Part shown: piece after piece, positions 18,901-26,700 of the stretch | How the letters are laid out: every line of letters starts with the position of its first letter | Numbering within the stretch: the first letter of the stretch is position 1 | Source: Fastidiosibacter lacustris | Lineage (GTDB): Bacteria > Pseudomonadota > Gammaproteobacteria > Francisellales > Francisellaceae | Assembly: GCF_003428155.1 (NCBI RefSeq) | Contig: NZ_QLIR01000019.1 | Coordinates: 1-31,241 of the forward strand | Length of the DNA stretch: 31,241 bases | Direction: 5' to 3' | The notes under the pieces: model-generated | Told to the model about the DNA's origin: nothing | What the model saw: only the letters and a program-made list of their open reading frames with translations | Database searches by the model: none | Program-made: the position numbers and the translations under genes

Positions 18901-21679
18901 CACCCTCTTGCCATAAAGGATGATTTTTATCACTCGAAATATTCTGAATTTCAGTTTCAGAAATCTCTACAGGTTTAACTGTACAGCTTGTATATTTTAT
19001 GCCGCTTGTATCATAAGGATTATGACTGATATGAGAAATAAGAGGATTAAAACATAAAGACTTTTCCTCAATCACTTCAGTTGTTGGCTCAAGCGTATAA
19101 CTTAATTTTCTTTTTCTGTAGTCATCATTGATCATGACTATTGTTTTTCCATCTTCTCTTTGAACCGCCGTAACATTCCCTTTTTCATCGTAAAAAAAGC
19201 GTCTGACATTAGGCGATTGATTGCCAATTTCATCATAATAATAACTAACAATTGACATGAGTAATCCAGCTTCATAATATTTTTCTTCTACCGGATAAAA
19301 TCCATCTCTAGTCTGGTTTTGCACTTCCGTACGCGTTACCCTTCCTTCATTATCATAATAAGTTTTATTGATATAACCTTTAGACCCTGTTGTTGGCGTA
19401 ATAAGCTTCATTTCAAGAAGATATCCTGCCTCATTTTTATCGCTTAACACTTTGTAGGTATAGATTATTGTTTGTTTTAAGTTCGCTCTGCCATTAGGTA
19501 GGTAACTTATTCTCTTTACCCTTCCCAAAGCATCATAATCTTCATAGATAATTTCATCTTTAGACACTGGATTAACTACTCTAACCAATCCACCATACGC
19601 ATTGAAAAATTGATGCTCACTTTCATGCTTAATCGGCACTAAACCTATAGTTTTGTCAGCTTGTAAATCTCTTTGCTCTGTCCATAACTCATAGCCATCA
19701 TTTCCATATTCAGACAACTTAATGCTGTTATCTATATAGGCATTTTGTCCTTTAATTAACTCTGTAGATTGATTGACTGCACCATATAAAGCGCTGCTAG
19801 GAATTGAGTTTACCTTGTATTCTGTAGAATTCATTTTTTTGCCATTAAAAAAACTTGTCATCCGGTTTACATAAGGTGCTTTTAGCACATATGAGGTTCC
19901 ATTAACGTTCACTTGAGTTTCGAGTAAAGATAAATTGTCATTTGTAACTAATGCCGTTTTAGTTGAGTCATACATGTACATTTTCTGTTGCTTTAACATG
20001 GCTTGTTCAGCTTGAGATTCAGGATAATACTGGAACTCAACAACATTACCAAAAGCATCTACTGCATGCTTTAAAGCACCTCTATATTTACCTGCTTCCT
20101 TAGTTTCACTATTATAATAAGCATATACTCCTATAAAACGCTTAGCCTCTTCATTTCCTAAAAGGTCGAATACAGAATAAGTAACTTTTTCAGGAAACTG
20201 ATAGCTATCTGATAGATTAGAAAATGCCTGCGTTTTACTACTATAGACACTTTGATTATACTCATTACTTTGCGAATCAATTTCCTTCCAGATTAACTTT
20301 TCCTTAGCTTTGCTTGTTTGATCTTTCATTTCAAGTGCTACACTTATGCCAACGGATTGATGTAAATAATTAAAGCTCTGTTTTACTTTCATCGTGCGAA
20401 GTTCATTATCCAATCCATTAAACACGGGAGTCTTACTGGTTATCCAGTTTGTATAGCCATACACCCCATCTAAATGCTCTAACCCACACTCCAACATCCA
20501 ATCTAACAAAGGATTTTTTTCAATTTGATCAAACGTAGCTTTAGAACACCAAATATTATTACCTGCGAAATTTCGTCCATCTGCATCATGATAATAATCA
20601 AACGTTTGATCTTTGCTATAACGATTAGACAGATGTTTAGTAAATTGACTGACATGAACATTATTATATGGCACTGGAGTTGTTTTACCGTCAATCACAT
20701 AGCTAACAGTCTTTATTCCATCGTAGTTAAATTGATACTTTACACCATTTGGAAATATAATCTCAGTGATATTGCTCAAATCTTGATAACTTAAACTTAC
20801 TTTTTGTGCTAATGGATTGAGAAGATAAATATTCTTGCCATTTTGATCTTCATATATTCTAAAGGTCTGCTCACGACCAAACGGATCAAGATATATAATA
20901 TCCGTTTGGGATGGCATTTTTAAAACATTTACTATAACGTCGCCACGCTTATTTTTAATTTTAATTCCATCTTGATCATATACAAATTGAATATAGTCCC
21001 CCTTATTATTTAAAATTAGCGCCAAAGGATATAAATAACTGCCATACGTCTCTACTCGTTTAAACACGTAGATTGTTCCATCCTCTTCAGTTATCTTAAC
21101 TTCTCCTTCATCTATAAATTCAATCTTACTTCTTTGAAGTTTAGTGTAAAATAATTTGCCTATTTTTTTTCCATGAACTTCCTCTACCTCAAAAGATTCA
21201 TTTTTCTGATCCAGGTTTAGCCTATAATATTGCTTGCCATTGACTCCATGCTGAATTTGTATATAAGGAATATTAAGTGATAAATCTTTGCTTACAAATA
21301 AGCGGTTTAAAGGGTTAAGGGCATTGTTATTATTAATGGTTAAATTAAAACTCAATGGCGATATTGGCGTACTTCTTATTTGCACAATTTGATTAGCAAA
21401 ATTAAGTTTTAACGTTGCAGGGTTAATTGACAAACTCACCGGTAAATTAGCATTACCAGCCAATGACTGAAAGCTATTACCATTATTCACCTGTGCGAAA
21501 TTTTGCAGTAAATTAAGCGTCTTGTTATTGTCTAAGAGCGTTGTCAAATTGCTCTTTGTATTTTTATCCTCCACACTTGAGTCTGTAACTAAAACCTTTC
21601 CATAGCTAGGTTCTATTACAAAAGCTAAGATATACGCTAGATTCGTCAACATCACACATGAGTTTTTAATTAACATCAT
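15947..21679 (-). CDS. Sec-signal-bearing RHS/YD-repeat protein with C-terminal hydrophobic module and kinase-like tip
   Basis: 1910 aa. Hydrophobic N-terminal leader, multiple YD-type repeats (YRYDVLGRLSKVENYLNG, YTYDTNDRQVMVEL), RHS core end (GYRAYNSELRIFMKHDGASPFGIGGINGYSYASNNPVNFFDPTGH), then paired hydrophobic segments and a divergent tip. Confidence 0.93.
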   Translation of the reverse strand: MMLIKNSCVMLTNLAYILAFVIEPSYGKVLVTDSSVEDKNTKSNLTTLLDNNKTLNLLQNFAQVNNGNSFQSLAGNANLPVSLSINPATLKLNFANQIVQIRSTPISPLSFNLTINNNNALNPLNRLFVSKDLSLNIPYIQIQHGVNGKQYYRLNLDQKNESFEVEEVHGKKIGKLFYTKLQRSKIEFIDEGEVKITEEDGTIYVFKRVETYGSYLYPLALILNNKGDYIQFVYDQDGIKIKNKRGDVIVNVLKMPSQTDIIYLDPFGREQTFRIYEDQNGKNIYLLNPLAQKVSLSYQDLSNITEIIFPNGVKYQFNYDGIKTVSYVIDGKTTPVPYNNVHVSQFTKHLSNRYSKDQTFDYYHDADGRNFAGNNIWCSKATFDQIEKNPLLDWMLECGLEHLDGVYGYTNWITSKTPVFNGLDNELRTMKVKQSFNYLHQSVGISVALEMKDQTSKAKEKLIWKEIDSQSNEYNQSVYSSKTQAFSNLSDSYQFPEKVTYSVFDLLGNEEAKRFIGVYAYYNSETKEAGKYRGALKHAVDAFGNVVEFQYYPESQAEQAMLKQQKMYMYDSTKTALVTNDNLSLLETQVNVNGTSYVLKAPYVNRMTSFFNGKKMNSTEYKVNSIPSSALYGAVNQSTELIKGQNAYIDNSIKLSEYGNDGYELWTEQRDLQADKTIGLVPIKHESEHQFFNAYGGLVRVVNPVSKDEIIYEDYDALGRVKRISYLPNGRANLKQTIIYTYKVLSDKNEAGYLLEMKLITPTTGSKGYINKTYYDNEGRVTRTEVQNQTRDGFYPVEEKYYEAGLLMSIVSYYYDEIGNQSPNVRRFFYDEKGNVTAVQREDGKTIVMINDDYRKRKLSYTLEPTTEVIEEKSLCFNPLISHISHNPYDTSGIKYTSCTVKPVEISETEIQNISSDKNHPLWQEGDQYHYGIIMQPDFRYTDETGGRMALYSKDQAVKEQIQALVAEAKKGRWLDRYALTTLADSIKKTCSSPNQNCMAMSFIKTQMKEGIPMQSENMVEGLMETYEYDKEQIGVLIGKTTSYKVGKVWHRLSELKYQYDDYGNVIKTELIDKINNKVIKVGTQSFSSLGYLLSSTTLLNDDKENIKIKYDVNSGLPIEFQDAKGNKVVTIYDEIWMSPKTALFYNTLGDKEFEINWTYDQNGNVHVLEKKEASGKLVSKTEYHYDPVTLSLTQLDMLYPDGSQRRLDLRYNSYGTLVEKSYQADGKVVLTQKSQSNYLGMLEKAEYQGASPVSLGVNYNPNLTVNELWQNNIKGQTYRYDVLGRLSKVENYLNGTMMRAYNYSYNKLGQKSEKIIQTEDNAESNLRESIERYSYTALGQLQSFICKGFECPITPDGKVLKEEYYLYNDALNQLKQVQSVTKDGAISVMHYSYDHKDPTQVSKIETKDNSIVLSYDENGNIVQMAEKNTPSELVTHQFTYDAAQNLIRLNMQDKEIGYTYDTNDRQVMVELKDSKTGKNSSQVNYYLDSLIEQKVESDARYYVGGGSIYHGEYQAQINDGFNVTGNVVANKIEGNYVYTPYGYMSDLNQAEKFALSVQKNNLSYRMTAQDQATGWQFLGDGYRAYNSELRIFMKHDGASPFGIGGINGYSYASNNPVNFFDPTGHATEADQKQIMSAMDVFAKNYKGGILIGVGAFLLSLVVSFIPGVGLYLPVLIGFVAEVITNVVLTGVVFGWGEVANNWQQFTLAGLINVAMGLGFVALGATIVRFYYVARYAPKGAHTQTFFKAVSNKQIKKDWIQNRTIEGYRLDKIIGKGEEGRVFLALKNEEKVAIKFKHKNKGVKSLQEEADNFNRFYSKREPELATAKYVKQDKALIMPYFEGQTVKKKLQLLEAGQDKYNRLLKDYQDFKKNYNQDRSFYLPDFHQGNVIIDNEGKFRVIDFSHLVNRK
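15950..16426 (-). other. Protein-kinase-like C-terminal domain of RHS protein
   Basis: About 159 aa with YRLDKIIGKGEEGRVFLA (Gly-rich loop), KVAIKFK (VAIK Lys), LQEEADNF (candidate alphaC Glu), LIMPYFEG (hinge), LPDFHQGNVII (catalytic-loop-like D..N) and FRVIDFS (DFG-like). Confidence 0.75.
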
Positions 21680-21709
21680 ATACTCCTAAAGCTTTCCGCT
21701 TATCTTAAC

Positions 21710-23698
21710 TCACCATCTAACACTTGGAACTAATTGCAATTTTTCATTTTTTTCTATATTAAGGATACAAGGAACTTTGCGTGGAGTTTTATACTGCTCT
21801 GTCTCTGTTGCTTCACACGCATAAGGACCTATTTTAAAATAACTATCAAATACTGCATAAACTACAACAACTTGCCTATGTGTCCTATTGTCTTGTGAAG
21901 AGATGCCAATACTATTTGCACCCCATGGATTTAATGGTATAACTTCTGTTTTACCAAATGTCGAAAATATAATTTCATCAATTTTTGGATAAACATACAT
22001 CGTTGTATTTAAACTATCTGTACCCTTAACAACGGTAAAAATCTCATCTTGATGCTCCATGCTAGCTGTTATGGCAATATGACCATCGGTATCAAAAGTC
22101 CCTTTATATTGTTTCTCACCAATATAGAAATCAAAACTCTTTCCATTTAAATCAATGTAGGATTCATCTGATAGCGCTTCCACACAAGGTTGATTTGCTA
22201 TAGGTTCAAAGTCTTGAAAAATTGATTCTGCCATAACATTGTCTAATTTAATATAACCTGTTGGAGAACAAATCTTAAACATCACTTTATTAGGAGATAA
22301 TAAAATCGTAGCACCCGATGATGTTTTGGTATAATCACATATCCATGAGCTAGGTGTCATATCACAATCTTCCCTTGTACCATCTTGCATAACTTTAACT
22401 TTATAAGGAGCTTCATTTTCCACAACTGAAAACTGTAAGTTAACCTGTTTAGGTAAGTAGTCGTCCAATGCTGTCAAAACTTGGAACGTTCTTGGATTTA
22501 ATATACCTTTATCTAAAAGGGGTATAGGTTTAAAAGCATCTTTTTCTGGGCTTTGAAACGAATGTAACGTTAAATTTGAACGATTAACAATCGTTAATTG
22601 ATTACGTATTTCAGGACCACATGCTGTAATACTAATGTCCGCTTTTTGGTTTTGTGCTTGACTCAAATCAAGCATATCAGCCACATTAATCCCTGAATAC
22701 ATATATAAATATGCAGAATTAGCAATAGTTGCTGTTGTCCCTACAATCGAATAATAATAAGTATTCCAATTCATACTATAAGGCTTAAAATCTAACCCAC
22801 GAGCAAGCTTCTTATTTTCCCCTTCTGCACTATAACCAACAGTTTCTATTGTACATAATCCCTGTGTTGTATTATTTTTTAAAGTAATTTTAAAGCTAGG
22901 ATAGAAAAATCCTTCCCCTACATAGCTCAATCCTTCTTTTTCAGGATAACCATTACGATAAGACTTCAAAATACTAGGCTCAAAAGTAAAAGTATAAGAA
23001 TCATAAGGATTGATAACTTTACCAACTGGGTCTTGTGAATTTACCCATTTAATACAAGGCAGCCTATTTTTTTCTTCTGCTGCATTTTTTACTGGTGGAC
23101 ACACACTGGAAACAGAAACAATACTAAGTGAATAAGCAGACGCGTTATTAATTGTCAATTTTGGGGTTTTGTTTACGCTTTTATCTGTAATTGAATACCG
23201 ATAATCTTGTGGATATGACATGCTTTTTGAAAAATTGCTTGAGTTATTACTTGCAATCTGAAACTCATCTTGTTGATTAATATAGATTGAATACCGACAT
23301 TGATCAGAACAACCTTCTATCATCACATATTGCGATATATCCGTATTGTTACGCAAACTTCGATAAGGGGATGAATCAACATGTTTGACTCTATATGTGA
23401 ACGCTTTATTGACCGTGCCATCCGTGCTTTTAATATTAAAATCAAAATATTTATTTCTACTTGTACAGCCCCCAAAAAAATTTTCACTTTCTTCAGTATA
23501 AAAGGTTTTGCTATTTTTTTTATTCACCATATTACTTGCTAGATCTTTTGGATACCAACAGTCATTTTTCCCTTGAGAAATTTGATAATCTTGATCTGAA
23601 TCGTTATAAATGGTTAAGAAATGGCCTTGTCCTGCATAAACAAAAGTAGCACTACTTAATAAACCGATTAAATATAATATTTTATTGATATTGCTCAT
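21710..23698 (-). CDS. Secreted 662-aa protein of unassigned family, between the two RHS genes
   Basis: Signal peptide MSNINKILYLIGLLSSATFVYA; GGAGAA ribosome-binding-like sequence upstream; cysteine-containing, beta-rich-looking sequence with recurrent segments such as HFLTIYNDSDQDY, PKLTINNASAYSL and NQLTIVNRSNLTL. Confidence 0.85.
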   Translation of the reverse strand: MSNINKILYLIGLLSSATFVYAGQGHFLTIYNDSDQDYQISQGKNDCWYPKDLASNMVNKKNSKTFYTEESENFFGGCTSRNKYFDFNIKSTDGTVNKAFTYRVKHVDSSPYRSLRNNTDISQYVMIEGCSDQCRYSIYINQQDEFQIASNNSSNFSKSMSYPQDYRYSITDKSVNKTPKLTINNASAYSLSIVSVSSVCPPVKNAAEEKNRLPCIKWVNSQDPVGKVINPYDSYTFTFEPSILKSYRNGYPEKEGLSYVGEGFFYPSFKITLKNNTTQGLCTIETVGYSAEGENKKLARGLDFKPYSMNWNTYYYSIVGTTATIANSAYLYMYSGINVADMLDLSQAQNQKADISITACGPEIRNQLTIVNRSNLTLHSFQSPEKDAFKPIPLLDKGILNPRTFQVLTALDDYLPKQVNLQFSVVENEAPYKVKVMQDGTREDCDMTPSSWICDYTKTSSGATILLSPNKVMFKICSPTGYIKLDNVMAESIFQDFEPIANQPCVEALSDESYIDLNGKSFDFYIGEKQYKGTFDTDGHIAITASMEHQDEIFTVVKGTDSLNTTMYVYPKIDEIIFSTFGKTEVIPLNPWGANSIGISSQDNRTHRQVVVVYAVFDSYFKIGPYACEATETEQYKTPRKVPCILNIEKNEKLQLVPSVRW

Positions 23699-23717
23699 CG
23701 TTATTCTCCATTTATAT

Positions 23718-26700
23718 TTATTGCTCTAAATAATCATCTATATGTCCTCTTATCTTAGAACATATCATAGCAGCGCACCTACCTTCACCTCCCAATTTTA
23801 TTGGAAGATCATTTTGTATATTTTGAATAGTAGCGCCAGTAGAAAACTTATAATCTGAGTTTATATCCTTAAATTTTACTCTCCAAAACATACCAAATCT
23901 TTGATTTTTTGAGGATTCAGTTAATAAAATACTAATATTATCTTCATTTATATCAGCAAGCTGTTTTGAAAGAGCACTTTCCCCTTCTCCTAGGAAACCA
24001 TGACCTTTTAACTTACTCATCTTGTCGCCCACATTACTTATTTTATGTAATGCATCTTCCATACTATCTTCAGGAAATATCCTTAGTTTTTCATACTCTT
24101 GGTTTGTCACTTTCTCATTCATAACCTCTCCTTCGTTAACTTTAAGAGATTGAGATTGCCTTACAGAGTTTTGCCTTATTATCGATTGCCTTCCTTGATT
24201 AACATTATCTATCATAGTCCCTTGAACAGTTGTTGGATCACGTTCAAGTAAAGAACCAATATCATTTTTGAGCTTACTTTCAACTTCTAGACCTTTTGCT
24301 TTAATAACTTTGTTACTAGGTAACTTCTTTATACTCCGAAAAGCTGCCATTCTATTTCCTTTAGGAATATATTTCACTACAAAATATAATCGTGATAGCA
24401 ACAATGCCCCAGCAATAAAAGTAAATCCTATTGCTGCATTTAGGAATGCCGCGCCAATAAAAGCACCTACTTGATCTTTTGCTACTCCCCAGCCCATCAA
24501 TCCCCAGGTGGCAAGAAAACCCACCGCTACTTCCGCAACAAAGCCAATAATTAGCCCTGCAATCAAATTCACCCCTGGAATAAACGCGATGATTGTGCCT
24601 ATGACTAGTGATAGCCCTCCTACAATCGCTGCTGCTTGCCAAGTGGAGATAAATAAATCAATTGCAGTGGTGATCTTCTTCTGATCGCCTTCTGTGACAT
24701 GCCCTGTTGGATCAAAAGCATTTATCGGATCATTCCCTGCATAACTATAACCATTAACTCCGCCTGATCCCCAAGGTGACCATGAGTCATGCTTCATAAA
24801 TACTCTCAGCTCAGGATTATATGCACGATAGCCTTCCCCTAAGAACTGCCAATTGGTTTCCCTATCGGTATTTATCATCCTATAACCCAAATTACTTTTT
24901 TGCACACTTAACGCTAATTGCTGCGCCTGATATAGGCTTGCAATCTGGCTATCCGTCTGTTCACCAAATGGGGTATAGACAAAATTGCCTTCTATAACAT
25001 TATTTTTCACATTTCCAGTTATATTAAATCCATCTGTGATCACTCGCTCATACTCACCTTTATAGAGGCTACCATCACCAACGTAATATCGACTATCTAC
25101 ACCAATTTTTTGCTCCATTAAGCCTGATAGATAATAATTCACTTGCTTCTTATCAGTTTTTGCTTTTACATCCGTTACACTTTCTTCAATTTGGCGACCA
25201 AACATGTCATAAACATAACGAATAACTTTGCTGTCTGTTTTTAGTTCTATCAGATTTTGAGCTGCATCATAACGCAGAGTATGAGCTTCTTTTGTACCAT
25301 CTTTCTTCTCTTTATCCATGGCAATAACATTACCATTCTTATCATATTGCAACAATGTAGTGATGGTTTGTGACTCTACTTTACTGACTTGCGTAGGATC
25401 TGGATTAGCATAAAAGTAGCGTGTTATATCTGTATTGCTATCGCCAAACTCTCGTTTCACTTCTAATAATTTATTCAATACATCATCATAACTATATTGC
25501 TCTTTACTAATTATATTACCCTGAGCTTTAGGGCACTCTGCTCCTTCACAGCTAAATACCGATAATTGCCCTAATGGCGTATAGTCATAACGTTGCACCG
25601 TCTTAACTAAATTAGAAGACTCATCATCTTCTGTCCACGACGTTCTTTGCGCTTTTTGACCTAATCTATTGTAGTCATATGCATAGCTTCTCATTTTTAT
25701 TGCATTTAACACATTATCTATGCCTATTAATCGCCCCAAACTGTCATAATTAAAGATTCGTCCCACCTTGTCATTATATGAAACAGCACGCTCTAATAAA
25801 TCAGTCTGATAATCAACCATAATCGTACTATTTACTTGACCACTATAGGTTACCTTTATCGGTAACCCTAAATGATTACTCTTGTAGCTTTGTTGCCAAA
25901 TGAATCCATCTTCTTTGTTGTATGTTTTTTGAACTAATGTCTCATATCCATTATAGTTAAATGTAAGCTTTCTCATGCTTCCATCAGGATAACTCATCTT
26001 GATGTTTGTAAGCTCTAAGGTTACAGTATGGTAATCATAGGAAATCTCACTAATGAGATGACCCAAATGATCATCCTTGCGAATTTTGGCAATATCACCA
26101 TTGGCATTATAGCTATAGTAAATTACAAAACCATCCTCGAAAATTTTACCTTCATAAACAACTTTACTTGGTCTTAATTTCCATATCTCATTTTCATAAT
26201 ATATCTTGATACCATTACCTTCAGCATCTTTCATCCATATCGGTAAACCTGTCAATTTATCATAACCAAATGTGCTATTTTGACCAATTTCATTGATTAA
26301 ACTTGTACTGCTTAGTAAGTAACCCAATGATGTGTAAGTTCTTTCTCCTATGTGATAGACATCATTGCTCTGTCTGCCAGCAGCAATCTCTGAATTGTAT
26401 CCCCCTTTCGCTACCTTTACTTTTATAACGTGACCATAGTTATCATAATCATAATAAGTGGTACTTAATGCTTGCTCCTCATGATTATTATTTTTATAAA
26501 GCTTCACTTCTGCGATTAATTTTGTCTGATCTTTAGTGTCATAGATATATTCAACTGCCCAGCCATTGACCAAATCCCGTTGTTTTTCTGGTAATTGTAA
26601 ATCATTGAGTCTAGTCGTATTAAAACTCAGAGCTTGACAGTTTCCAGATAAACAATCTCTCCTTACCTGCTCAGATAATTCAATGAGATTTTTCCTATCC

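Noticed and set aside
24268-24642. Plus-strand ORF 24268..24474 and minus-strand ORF 24361..24642 within the RHS gene
   Set aside because: Out-of-frame or antisense shadows of the conserved hydrophobic module.
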